Shown here: positions 48,794 to 58,585 of the stretch, piece by piece | How the letters are laid out: each line of letters starts with the position of its first letter | Numbering within the stretch: position 1 is the first letter of the stretch | Virus record (IMG/VR): IMGVR_UViG_3300047095_000752 | Location: 124,001-188,000 of that record | Reading direction: 5' to 3' (one strand) | Length of the DNA: 64,000 nucleotides | Notes under the pieces: model-generated | The model's input: the letters and a program-made list of their open reading frames with translations, nothing else | Told to the model about the DNA's origin: nothing | Database searches by the model: none | Translations under genes and position numbers: made by a program

Positions 48794-49798
48794 ATGAGTA
48801 ATACAAGATATAACATACAAACAGCAACCGAAGTGTTTAAACAATATGGTTTAGAATTACTCGAAACTGAATATAAAAATTTAGACGTACGAATGAAGTA
48901 TAAATGCTTAACATGTCATTATGTGGGGGATAAGCCTTTATATGATGTTTTAAGATTTAAATCTGGATGTAAAAGTTGTAATTTAAATAAATTATACGAA
49001 TCAAAGAAATATACCATAGATTTTGCGAGAGACAGTTTTTTAAAAAATGGGTTGATTCTATTAGATGATGTATATATAAATAATCAGACTCCTATGAAAT
49101 TTGAATGTGCAACGTGTTGTAATTCAGGTCAAAATAATTTAGCAAATATATTAAATCAAGGTCAAGGGTGTAAAAAATGTAAAGATGAGGCGTCAGCCTC
49201 CAAAAAACGATTCAATATAGAATATGCTAAAACTGTATATTTAGAAAAAAATTTAGAACTCCTTGAAAATGTTTATATAAATAGTAACACAAAAATGAAA
49301 TATCGGTGTTTGATTTGTAATTATATAGGACAAAATAGTTTAGGTAGTATGGATGATAAAAGCCGTGGGTGTAGAGAATGTCATTATAGAAATATGTGCG
49401 GTAAAAATCATTGGGCGTGGAATCCCAAAAAAACTGAATTGAATGAAATGATTAGAGTAAAAAGATCTAAACATTGGGTTATAAAACATATGACTGATGA
49501 TCCGTTGTATAATGAATGGTTATTAGGGTATGACACTTATGAAATTCACCACACTCCTCAAATTAATGACTGGAGTTCGTATTTAATTGAAAATAACCTA
49601 ACTGATAATAATGAAATTATAATGTATGTAAGAGAGACTGCAAATACTAGAGAAAGACTTAGTATAGTTCCGACTAAAATTCATAAATCCATGCATAAAA
49701 ATAGAAGTTATAAGTTCAATAAAGAAAAATTCGAAAAATTTTTAGAAGAAAATGATATAGGAGTATTAGATTATGCCAATCGAAGTCCCATACAATGA
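48794..49798 (+). CDS. Zinc-finger-repeat HNH-like endonuclease (3 CxxC-type repeats)
   Basis: GLELLE..Y...MKYKC..C...GC..C repeats; KHMxDDP; EIHH...N...L...H. Confidence 0.7.
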   Translation: MSNTRYNIQTATEVFKQYGLELLETEYKNLDVRMKYKCLTCHYVGDKPLYDVLRFKSGCKSCNLNKLYESKKYTIDFARDSFLKNGLILLDDVYINNQTPMKFECATCCNSGQNNLANILNQGQGCKKCKDEASASKKRFNIEYAKTVYLEKNLELLENVYINSNTKMKYRCLICNYIGQNSLGSMDDKSRGCRECHYRNMCGKNHWAWNPKKTELNEMIRVKRSKHWVIKHMTDDPLYNEWLLGYDTYEIHHTPQINDWSSYLIENNLTDNNEIIMYVRETANTRERLSIVPTKIHKSMHKNRSYKFNKEKFEKFLEENDIGVLDYANRSPIQ

Positions 49799-50281
49799 AT
49801 TTGTATATTCAAAAGACGAGATCGATGCCCTACTAGGAGTCAAGGCGGATAAGGTACCGGGTGCAGTAGGTAATAACATCGCCGGTTTAACTGCATCGCA
49901 AGGGAACCTTCTCGATACAGGATTCGACATATGTGATCTATCAATCGGGGCGGTTATAGACGCAGGTACATTCTAATGGCTAACCGAACCGATATAACCC
50001 GTAATCATAAAGGTTATGGAGTTAATATAAGATCAAATAAACCTTGGCAACATAATGATGTATATTCATACGATCCGTTACCAATAACAATACCAGATCG
50101 AACAATGATTACATACAGGGTCGAAGAATTCGATCCATTAGTAATAAATAAAGCGACTAAAACAGGTGAGACCACTCAAGGTAATATAGCACTATTATCG
50201 GATAATGAGGGGGATCTCGTAGACTCGGGTGTGCACCCTAGCGATTTGGTCGTATGTGTAATAGACTGTGGAGAATTTTAA
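49773..50281 (+). CDS. Two small related structural proteins (49773-49976, 49976-50281)
   Basis: Shared KA.K...NIA.L...G.L.D.G and C-terminal ID(A/C)G(T/E)F motif typical of tail-fibre proteins. Confidence 0.55.
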
Positions 50282-51058
50282 ATGCATATTAAAAAGGGAA
50301 TCGAATTATATAATAAAAATAAGAATTACTATTTATCACTTACAGACGTAAATAATAAAGAAGAAATATTAGCCAGCGGACCTTTAGATTTAAAAAAAGG
50401 AATCAAGCTCCATCAAGATATGACAATAGAAGGCGTATTGAGCGTACAATACGAGTTAGAAGTAGGTAACAGAAATAATAGAGTAACTGAAGATGGAAAA
50501 TTATTAACATCTCAGTTGTCAAACAAAAACTTTTCGGATGGTACTTTAGTCGGATTTAACAATTCTCTAAGTCAAGCTATACAGCCCCGTGAACACATGT
50601 ACATACAGTCGTCTGGAAATTCCCGTATAAAACATAATGACATTGTATATCAAGCAGACGAATTCCCACCAGAAGATATGGGTATTAATTATACGTTTAC
50701 CTTACCTTCTTTTTTTATAAATAATATTTTGGACATAACGTTTTATTTTATAAATCCCTCTGAACATAGCTTAGACACTGTGGAATTTACATATAATATA
50801 GTATCACCAGAACACGGGATACAAACAGACTTTAGTAAAATTGTATTTAAGAAAAAAGGTTTTGTGTCTACACCTAGCTTTAGAAATAAAGTTGCAAACA
50901 ATGATTCGGTAGATTTAAGTAATTCACTTTTAAGTCTACAATTAAAACGAAACAAAGGAGTTGGTAGTTCGGACTCTGTTGATCGATCAGTTTATTTCAT
51001 AGGGATGAATATCGAACATCATATCAATTATTATAAAGGAATTAGATATAATGAATAA
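50282..51058 (+). CDS. Hypothetical structural protein
   Basis: 258-aa ORF; beta-rich C-terminus resembling 48071..48784. Confidence 0.5.
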   Translation: MHIKKGIELYNKNKNYYLSLTDVNNKEEILASGPLDLKKGIKLHQDMTIEGVLSVQYELEVGNRNNRVTEDGKLLTSQLSNKNFSDGTLVGFNNSLSQAIQPREHMYIQSSGNSRIKHNDIVYQADEFPPEDMGINYTFTLPSFFINNILDITFYFINPSEHSLDTVEFTYNIVSPEHGIQTDFSKIVFKKKGFVSTPSFRNKVANNDSVDLSNSLLSLQLKRNKGVGSSDSVDRSVYFIGMNIEHHINYYKGIRYNE

Positions 51059-51365
51059 TAATAAGGGTATGCCGAAGGATACAGATTCCGATTGGAATAC
51101 GTATAGATTGTATGTATTAGATTACATAAAGAAATTAGTAACATCAATGGAAGACTGTGAAAAGAAAATTGGGAATATTCAACTAGAAAACGTAACGAAG
51201 ATATACGAGACTAAAGAAGAATTCCAAGCTCAACTTCAAGAATTAGCAACAACCGTTCTAAAGCTACAAATTCGGGTAGGACTAATACTAACCGGATTGA
51301 CCGTAATTATCACCTTACTGTTCAATGTGGTTTCAAAATATTTATTAGCATATATAGAAAAATAA
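51051..51365 (+). CDS. Coiled-coil + C-terminal TM protein (holin / XhlA-like)
   Basis: Architecture and position. Confidence 0.5.
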   Translation: MNNNKGMPKDTDSDWNTYRLYVLDYIKKLVTSMEDCEKKIGNIQLENVTKIYETKEEFQAQLQELATTVLKLQIRVGLILTGLTVIITLLFNVVSKYLLAYIEK

Positions 51366-51376
51366 AGGAGACGGTA

Positions 51377-51940
51377 ATGATGTTGCTCACATTAGAAAGG
51401 ATTGCAACCAATATATTCATAGGGAGTGTAGCGGACCCAATTCTAACAAAACTTGAAAACCCTGTAAATAACTATGAAAAAGAAAAAAGTGAGATTATAG
51501 AAAAAATTCGATCCAGCCAAAGGGTGACCGAGTCTCAGTTTAGTAGAAATCGTAAATTCCTCCAAAAATTGGAGGACATGGCAATGGATTTGAAAAAACG
51601 AATTGGACCGATAGACGACAGTTTAGAAGCATTTAAAGACTCAGATAATATGGTTGTGTTATACGATCATAAATTTAACATTTTGAAATATAATAATTCG
51701 TTTAAAGATGAATTTTGGGTGGATGACATAAAGAATTCGGGGATATTTAAATCATTTATTAGAAAGGGGTCTAAAGAAAACATATTATACGAGACAATAA
51801 CTATTTATAAAAAACAAATTAAATATGAAGCCGAATTTGAAACAACTATAAATAATAATAAATATCACGTCATTACAAAACCTATTTATGATGAATTTCA
51901 CCACTTCGACTTCTTCTTAAGGATATATACAAAACTATAA
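51377..51940 (+). CDS. Coiled-coil + PAS-domain protein
   Basis: DNMVVLYDHKFNILKYNNSF ... VITKPIYDE (PAS/PAC pattern). Confidence 0.55.
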   Translation: MMLLTLERIATNIFIGSVADPILTKLENPVNNYEKEKSEIIEKIRSSQRVTESQFSRNRKFLQKLEDMAMDLKKRIGPIDDSLEAFKDSDNMVVLYDHKFNILKYNNSFKDEFWVDDIKNSGIFKSFIRKGSKENILYETITIYKKQIKYEAEFETTINNNKYHVITKPIYDEFHHFDFFLRIYTKL

Positions 51941-51952
51941 GGAGATGGTATA

Positions 51953-52339
51953 ATGTTAACAGAATCTCAGATTACAATGCTTAAAAAGCAAAAAGAATTT
52001 TCTATATTCAACACTCCAATCCTCAATTCTTTTTTTGGATTTTGGTTATATATTATTAAAAAGATTATATTCGCGTGCACTTCAGTAAAAGTATGGGCAT
52101 TAGTAGGATTCAGTTGGATCAACGCATGGCTCTTGGTACAGGGGTATCTCGAATCATCCGGTTTCGCTGCGATCCAGATCTCCTTAATTACAACCACATT
52201 AGTTGCCCGCGAATTTTCTAAAAGTGCAAATAATTCTATAGTTGAAAAAATTCAAAATATGCCTATTGTAGAAAAGTTGACCGAAGCTGCAGGATTTGGA
52301 ACTCAAGATAAAACTCTAGGGACTGAACTGGAAGATTAA
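51953..52339 (+). CDS. Multi-pass membrane protein, holin candidate
   Basis: 2-3 hydrophobic segments; S.K.W motif; charged C-terminus. Confidence 0.55.
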   Translation: MLTESQITMLKKQKEFSIFNTPILNSFFGFWLYIIKKIIFACTSVKVWALVGFSWINAWLLVQGYLESSGFAAIQISLITTTLVAREFSKSANNSIVEKIQNMPIVEKLTEAAGFGTQDKTLGTELED

Positions 52340-52343
52340 GTCT

Positions 52344-53267
52344 ATGCCTAAAATAATAACACATAACGAAGTGTTTGAATATTACAAAAAAGAAGGTTAT
52401 GTTTTAGAATCTATATATAGAGGCTGTAAGTATAAAGACGAACTTATTTGCCCAGAAGGTCATAAGATTGAAATGACTTTTAATAACTTTAAAAGTTATG
52501 GTAAAAAGACGGGTAAAAGATGTGGTGAATGTTTCGGAACTGAAAAATATTCGCAAGAATATGTATTCAATTATTATAAAAAATATGGATATACACTAAG
52601 ATCTATCTATAAAAACAATCACACTAAAGACGAGTTAACATGCCCGGATAATCACAAAGTTGACATGTTATTTGATAATTTCAAAAATAAAGGCAGTCGT
52701 TGTGTAAAATGTTCCGGTGTTGAAAAATTTACTCAAGAATATGTATTTAATTATTATAAGAATGAAGGATATACATTAACAAGCATTTATAATGGGTGCG
52801 AGTCTAAAGATGAATTGATATGCCCCGAAGGTCACAAGATAGATATGCTTTTCAATAACTTCAAAAATAAAGATAGTAGATGTAAAGAATGTTATATAGA
52901 AAATAATAGGGGTGAAAACCATCCAAACTTTAACCCAAATAGAGAAGAACTTTTATTAAATCATAGATTAAGAACAAGTAAAAAGAATCCATGGATTAAA
53001 AAACATATGAAAGATGACCCAAATTATAACAATTGGATATTAGACTCAAAGCAATTTGTAGTAGATCATATAATACCGGTAAAGTTATTTTGTAAATTAT
53101 ATAATGAATATAATTTAGATGAATATAAACTTAGAAAAGCAATTAATAAAATAGACAATCTACAATTATTAACAATAGAACAAAATTCAAATAAACACGC
53201 CAAAGGTTGTATAAATGAAGCCAAGGAATATTTAATTAAAAACAATATACAATTAATCAACACATAA
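52344..53267 (+). CDS. Zinc-finger-repeat HNH homing endonuclease (3 repeats)
   Basis: Three CPxxH repeats; DHIIP...NKIDNLQLL...NSNK. Confidence 0.8.
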   Translation: MPKIITHNEVFEYYKKEGYVLESIYRGCKYKDELICPEGHKIEMTFNNFKSYGKKTGKRCGECFGTEKYSQEYVFNYYKKYGYTLRSIYKNNHTKDELTCPDNHKVDMLFDNFKNKGSRCVKCSGVEKFTQEYVFNYYKNEGYTLTSIYNGCESKDELICPEGHKIDMLFNNFKNKDSRCKECYIENNRGENHPNFNPNREELLLNHRLRTSKKNPWIKKHMKDDPNYNNWILDSKQFVVDHIIPVKLFCKLYNEYNLDEYKLRKAINKIDNLQLLTIEQNSNKHAKGCINEAKEYLIKNNIQLINT

Positions 53268-53278
53268 GGAGAAATACC

Positions 53279-53749
53279 ATGGATGAATTAGAACAAATCC
53301 CCGTAGATGAAGTAGTCCAACAAGGAGTAGATGGTGGTGCAAGCTTTGACGGTATATTTGATGGTATAATGGGATTAGCTGGCAGTAGCGGTATGGTCGG
53401 CGTTGTAATTGTAGCCGTACTCGGACTTATAGCTTTCCTAAAATTTGGTAAAAAGACTAAACAATTAAATAAGATTCAAAAAGAAGATGTTAAAGTATAT
53501 AAAGAAAATAAAAAAGAGTCTTTAAAAGAAATTAAACAAATAGATAAAAAAGCAGAAGATATTATAAACAAAATTGTAAAGAATAGCGAAGAAGAAGATG
53601 ACATTGAAATGGAAATTGCAACGGGTATAATTGACGTTGTAGATGAAATTGAAGAGATAAAGAAAGATCCAACCCGCCGGACCATACCTTCCGCTAATGA
53701 ACGACTGAGAATCGCCCTACAAAAGGCGAAAGAACGTAGAGGACACTAA
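53279..53749 (+). CDS. TM + coiled-coil protein, i-spanin-like
   Basis: Single TM followed by a charged coiled coil; upstream of a lipoprotein gene. Confidence 0.5.
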   Translation: MDELEQIPVDEVVQQGVDGGASFDGIFDGIMGLAGSSGMVGVVIVAVLGLIAFLKFGKKTKQLNKIQKEDVKVYKENKKESLKEIKQIDKKAEDIINKIVKNSEEEDDIEMEIATGIIDVVDEIEEIKKDPTRRTIPSANERLRIALQKAKERRGH

Positions 53750-53751
53750 TT

Positions 53752-54306
53752 ATGTACAAGCACACAATACTTTTAATTACAATTATGGTTGCACTTATGG
53801 GTTGTGCTTCCGATGGACAGGATGCTTTAGAAACGTACAAGTCACCTGAGATTACCTTTGAACCCACTTTAGAATATTCTCTAGACACTTCAAAGCTAGA
53901 CGATCTACATGAAGAGACTTTGAGTGGTTTACTCGATGCTCCTATTTATGCGAATATCACCGATGATGGTACTATGAGTTTAACTTTTGATGATACTGAG
54001 GCGAACGCCGTCTTACTTTACAGTGAAGATTATAGTAAGATCGCTGATCTTGCAGAAATCACCGAAGGTTATAGAAATATTGTTATGAGTCAAGTCGAAC
54101 TAATTAAGGTTAAGGATTCTACGATTCAAGCTTTACAACAATTAGTATTACTCCAGCAAAGTTCGAAAGAGATCTACAAGGAAAATTTCGTATTGGCGGA
54201 CAAGCTGTATAGGGCTGAACATAAGCTTAGGATGCGAGAAAAGGTATACGGAGAGATCAGGTTTTTTAGCACAATACTTGGCATTATAGCTGTTGGTGTT
54301 ATTTAA
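53752..54306 (+). CDS. Lipoprotein with C-terminal TM, spanin-like
   Basis: Signal peptide with lipobox LMGC; C-terminal FFSTILGIIAVGVI. Confidence 0.6.
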   Translation: MYKHTILLITIMVALMGCASDGQDALETYKSPEITFEPTLEYSLDTSKLDDLHEETLSGLLDAPIYANITDDGTMSLTFDDTEANAVLLYSEDYSKIADLAEITEGYRNIVMSQVELIKVKDSTIQALQQLVLLQQSSKEIYKENFVLADKLYRAEHKLRMREKVYGEIRFFSTILGIIAVGVI

Positions 54307-55073
54307 TGTCTCATAATAAATTACCATATGAAGAAGTTTATAAGGTCTTTAAAGATCAAGGCTGCGAATTATTAGGAAGAGAATACATTAATAAAAAAAC
54401 TTTAATGAAATATAGATGTAAGTGTGGTATTGAAGGTAAGATACGATTAAATAATTTTAAAGATGGTCAACGATGTCAAACGTGCCGATGTGATAGAAAA
54501 TCTAAATATGAAGACGCCTATAAGTGTTTCAAAGATCAAGGTTGCGAATTATTAGAAAATGAATATACATATATATCATCTAAATCTAAACTTAAATACA
54601 AATGTGAATGTGGTTTTCCCAGTATAATACGATTAGATGCTTTTAAGGGCGGGTCTCGATGTAAAGAATGTCAAAGATCAAATAGGATAGGTGAAAAAAA
54701 TTCAAATTATAAAACAGATAGGACACGAAAGCGGCGCGGAGATTTATTAAAATTTGACTACAAACATGAAATTATATTAAGTGATGATCCAATGTATAAC
54801 TTATATATAGCATCTAAACAAATATTCACACAAACAAAAAAATCTAAATATGGAGCTAAGCCTAAATATTCTATCGATCATATACAACCAAGAATTGCCT
54901 TTATCGATAATGATCTAGATAATATTCATGGTACAAAAATAATTAAGAAGATCTGTAACCTTCGTGAAAATCTTAGAATAATCCCAAAAGAAGAAAATGG
55001 ATCTAAAGGCGGCAAATACATCCAAGAAGAATTCATGGCTTGGTTCAATGATAAAATAAAGGAGTATGAATAA
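54306..55073 (+). CDS. Zinc-finger-repeat HNH homing endonuclease (2 CxCG-type repeats)
   Basis: FKDQGCELL..EY...KY.C.CG repeats; DHIQPR...ICNLRENLRI. Confidence 0.8.
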   Translation: MSHNKLPYEEVYKVFKDQGCELLGREYINKKTLMKYRCKCGIEGKIRLNNFKDGQRCQTCRCDRKSKYEDAYKCFKDQGCELLENEYTYISSKSKLKYKCECGFPSIIRLDAFKGGSRCKECQRSNRIGEKNSNYKTDRTRKRRGDLLKFDYKHEIILSDDPMYNLYIASKQIFTQTKKSKYGAKPKYSIDHIQPRIAFIDNDLDNIHGTKIIKKICNLRENLRIIPKEENGSKGGKYIQEEFMAWFNDKIKEYE

Positions 55074-55207
55074 TGGGTAGCATTGAAGTTCTAAAGAATA
55101 TAGTCTCAAAACAAGCAAATATAGATAATGAGGTTGATCCTAAACTTCTACCCAAAGAAAAAGGGTGTGGATGTCAGCATAAGAAGCTTATAATGACAGA
55201 AAAGTAA
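55073..55207 (+). CDS. 44-aa peptide with GCGC motif (not in the ORF track)
   Basis: MGSIEVLKNIVSKQANIDNEVDPKLLPKEKGCGCQHKKLIMTEK*; AAGGAG RBS. Confidence 0.45.
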   Translation: MGSIEVLKNIVSKQANIDNEVDPKLLPKEKGCGCQHKKLIMTEK

Positions 55208-55239
55208 GGGACAAATTTAAAATAAATAGGAATTATATT

Positions 55240-55647
55240 ATGAACTCTGTGTGTAAGAAAGTTATATACGAAAAATATATTGTGAATGAATTTAGTCTGA
55301 CCGGTGCTATGCAAGGCGCAGAAAATTTCATTTCGAAGAATAGTAATGTCATCGGTCTTGGAATGCCAGCCGTTGGTGCGGGACTCTCCATGGCAATTTC
55401 GGCAAAAGACGCTATACAGCGTAAGATGATGGAACACAAGTGGAAGCGTAAAGGATGTGACCAAGAGATCAACCCTCAGCTAAAACAGCAATGCGAAGTT
55501 CGCCAAAGAAATATGCTTATAGCATCAATCGGAAAAGAAAAGGGTCGCTGCAGAGGAGCCAAAGATCCACAAGCATGTATGGCTCAAATTGATCAAAGAA
55601 TCAGTACCCTACGTGGACAGAACGCTCAAGAGTACTCAGGAGAATAA
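55240..55647 (+). CDS. Leader-bearing small protein (outlier of the array family)
   Basis: ..IVNE leader; GLGMPAVGAGL; GC...C and C..AKDPQAC; GGACAAAT upstream. Confidence 0.65.
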   Translation: MNSVCKKVIYEKYIVNEFSLTGAMQGAENFISKNSNVIGLGMPAVGAGLSMAISAKDAIQRKMMEHKWKRKGCDQEINPQLKQQCEVRQRNMLIASIGKEKGRCRGAKDPQACMAQIDQRISTLRGQNAQEYSGE

Positions 55648-55648
55648 T

Positions 55649-56008
55649 ATGCTTCATCATCACAAACAACGTATCTCGGAGAGTCTTGCCGTTGTCGGTG
55701 GAATGGCTGCAGCGGCTGCTATGGGTGCTTTAGCCGCTAAGGGTCTCTCGTCCTTCCGTAGCCGTTACATGTCCTGTAAATCGATTGAGGACCCCTACCA
55801 GAGAGATATGTGTACTGTTCGTATCCTTGACTCAATGATTGAGAATATGATGGAACTTCGTGGTAGTTGTGATAATACAGCAGACCCCGCCGCCTGTAAA
55901 TTAGAATTAGCTTATAAGATCGATAAGTTAACCGCGAAGAAAGCCAGACTCCAACAGGGTGTAAACCGTAAGCACCGCGCAAGAATAATTGATAGAGAAA
56001 CGAGTTAA
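55649..56008 (+). CDS. Leader-bearing small protein (start 55649)
   Basis: MLHHHKQRISE; VGGMAAAAAMGALAA; CKSIEDPYQRDMC; CDNTADPAAC. Confidence 0.65.
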   Translation: MLHHHKQRISESLAVVGGMAAAAAMGALAAKGLSSFRSRYMSCKSIEDPYQRDMCTVRILDSMIENMMELRGSCDNTADPAACKLELAYKIDKLTAKKARLQQGVNRKHRARIIDRETS

Positions 56009-56025
56009 ATTATAAAATCATTTAT

Positions 56026-56068
56026 AAAAAAATAAATCCCGATCCATTAAGTTGGATCGGGATTTTTT
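56026..56068. terminator. Bidirectional intrinsic terminator between convergent blocks
   Basis: AAATCCCGATCCA/TGGATCGGGATTT stem with A- and T-runs on both sides. Confidence 0.8.
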
Positions 56069-56101
56069 CATGTTATTAATATTTAGTCGCTATAATATAG
56101 G

Positions 56102-56512
56102 CTAACGCATTTCCTTCATGTGTACATGGTCGTCGTTGGGACCAAAGTGCTTAAGGGGGTGATCTCCGCATACGTACTCGGCTAGAGAAATTGCTGCCGC
56201 ATCGACTAAGTGTTCTGTGTTACCATCTTCAAGATACATTTGAAGGCGGTCTATTATACTACTCACACGTTTATATGAAGGTCGATCTGAATCTTTTAGA
56301 AGCCCGTAACGAAAACTACCGACAATAAGCCTGTTACGCATTAGTTGTTCAAATGTATCATCCCATTCAGATTTCTTTAATTCATCTAATGGTGGTAGAG
56401 TTTTAATCTTATTTTCTTTATATTTTTTACCGGCGAGTTCAAACCAAAGCTCTTTCAAAAATGGACAGTTAGACATAAGGTTCTCTCGTAGTTGACTAAT
56501 AGTTGATATCAT
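56102..56512 (-). CDS. Hypothetical protein, possibly a dNTP diphosphohydrolase-like helical fold
   Basis: G..RYG...S...RL..Y...G..EHL.DAA pattern. Confidence 0.35.
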   Translation of the reverse strand: MISTISQLRENLMSNCPFLKELWFELAGKKYKENKIKTLPPLDELKKSEWDDTFEQLMRNRLIVGSFRYGLLKDSDRPSYKRVSSIIDRLQMYLEDGNTEHLVDAAAISLAEYVCGDHPLKHFGPNDDHVHMKEMR

Positions 56513-56547
56513 CCTAATTGTATCATACTTAAGCTATATTGGCAAAC

Positions 56548-58081
56548 TCATTTAACCTGTTTCATATATTGGTTCAAAGTCCGGATTAACACATCTTCTA
56601 AAATATATGGGTCTAATCCGTTAAAATTATATCCTTCGGACTTACACATACAATCATACTTATCGTTATAATAAGTGAATACAATTGGTTTGTTATATAT
56701 GTTTAATTCTTCTTGTAAAATTTTACCCAAACATTGTTTCAATATTGTTATATCAAGTTCACATCGTCTATTGAATAGGTATTTAAGTTCACCATTCTCA
56801 TACCGTATCATAATCGCATTATTAAATCGTTCTAAAAATTTAGTACACACCCCATCAATATGCTCGACCAGCGTATCAAATCCTCGTTTTTCTATTTCTA
56901 AACGATTGGATTTTTGATATAAACCATCTAGTGGATTATCCATATTCAGTTTCCTTTTCTAAAAAACTATTTAATATATCTGCTAATTCTAAATAATATC
57001 GGTTTGAAATCTGATATTTATTGTAATTATCATAATAAACAATATTTGGTCCGAGTGGATCTATTCTGAAGTTACTGTTAGACATTAAATACTCACCAAG
57101 TCTTCTACTTGTACCTTCGTATAAAGGGCTTAATGACAACAATACAGAAAAATGATGGGGCATAGTTAAAGCTATATAATGTGTGTATTTTTTATTAAAG
57201 TTATCTACGGCGGATACTAAACATTCAATGGCGTTTAGATCTGCCTTTAAACTCGATATATAAGATTCTACAGTTAAATTAAATGCATATGGAGTTTCAG
57301 TCTTAGATTCAATAAGTCGATCTAGAGTCGAGGGCTGGTTTATTATTGGCTTAGGGTTTTTATTTATTACTATCGTGGTTGACATTGTTTAGACTTTTTA
57401 GTTTTCATATCATAAAAAATATTTAAGCACTTTATTAAGTTGTCATACATATCAGTATAAACATGTGGTATCTCATATGCCATCCCGGATGTAATACCCT
57501 TTTCTTTAGTTATGATATGTCCGTATTCACCATATCTTAAATCTATATAATGATATTTATTATTATTTTTATTTTCTCTAAAAATTTTATTTAATAATTT
57601 GATATTTTCATTTTCGGCGGATTTATGTAAATAAAAAACAATTGGACAACAATGAAAATCTTCGGGATCGTTATAGTCATAATTTCGGCAAGATAATATA
57701 AATCTGGGAAATTTTTTATTAAATTTATCTAAATCTTTTATAATATTTTCTAAGATTCTTTTATTTTCAGATAACTCTTTTATTTCATCTTCGAATTCTT
57801 GTATTACATCTATTATTTCTTTAATGGACTTACTTGGCATATATTAGTTCTTTCGGTTTTCCGTGAATACAACCAAAATCTGGACCTGTCTTAAAATGTG
57901 CGCTATATCCATCCGAATCACAATACATCAACGAATCTGGTTTAGATTCTTCGATGTTTGGATCATATAGGAATTTATCACCATCTAATAAACAATCGTA
58001 ATAATAATCCGATCTATATCCTTCTAGGTGGCTGTTATCATCATCGGAATACCAATATTTACATTCTTTACAAGTTATCAT
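56548..58081 (-). CDS. Four small hypothetical ORFs (56548-56943, 56936-57385, 57370-57840, 57830-58081)
   Basis: Coupled ORFs. The first three share a coiled-coil then FN..F pattern; the last has CKECKYW...T.PDFGC..G. Confidence 0.5.
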
Positions 58082-58100
58082 TTTAACATCCTTTCTAAGT

Positions 58101-58133
58101 AAAAAAAGACCCACCATATATTTTGGTGGGTCT
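58101..58133 (-). terminator. Intrinsic terminator
   Basis: AGACCCACCA/TGGTGGGTCT stem plus T-run. Confidence 0.7.
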
Positions 58134-58143
58134 ACTAAATATA

Positions 58144-58572
58144 CTACGCACGATAGGTTTTTCTTTTATTAAATGAAAATCTTGGTATGAAATTTTTAAA
58201 AGTAAATTGTCTACCAATCCAGTTTAAATTACATATTGAAAATATCAATGATCCAAGTATAGTAACAAGAGATTGAACAACACGAAGTCGGTATGGGTAT
58301 ACAACCCATTTTAGGGCGGCTAGGTGGGGTAGACCATAAGACATGACCCACCCTCTTCTCCAGTCTTTACAATTGAATTCTCTATTATAATGATTCCAAC
58401 CATTTGCTATTGATATATCGGGAGACTGATAATCCATCCAAACCGCGTCCCTGTGAACTCCACCCTTACGATGAACAGAGTGCAGACCGCGCCGACAATA
58501 TAAATAACCACGAAATGGATAGAATAGCACATGTGTTCTGAGTTTTGTTGTCAATTTTATATTGAACTCCAA
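58144..58572 (-). CDS. Hypothetical protein
   Basis: ORF; start uncertain. Confidence 0.4.
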   Translation of the reverse strand: MEFNIKLTTKLRTHVLFYPFRGYLYCRRGLHSVHRKGGVHRDAVWMDYQSPDISIANGWNHYNREFNCKDWRRGWVMSYGLPHLAALKWVVYPYRLRVVQSLVTILGSLIFSICNLNWIGRQFTFKNFIPRFSFNKRKTYRA

Positions 58573-58585
58573 ATAAGGGTTTGAT

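Noticed and set aside
4054-55073. RNA-guided (IscB/HEARO-like) nature of the HNH family
   Set aside because: No RuvC motifs, and the genes abut their neighbours with no conserved flanking non-coding RNA
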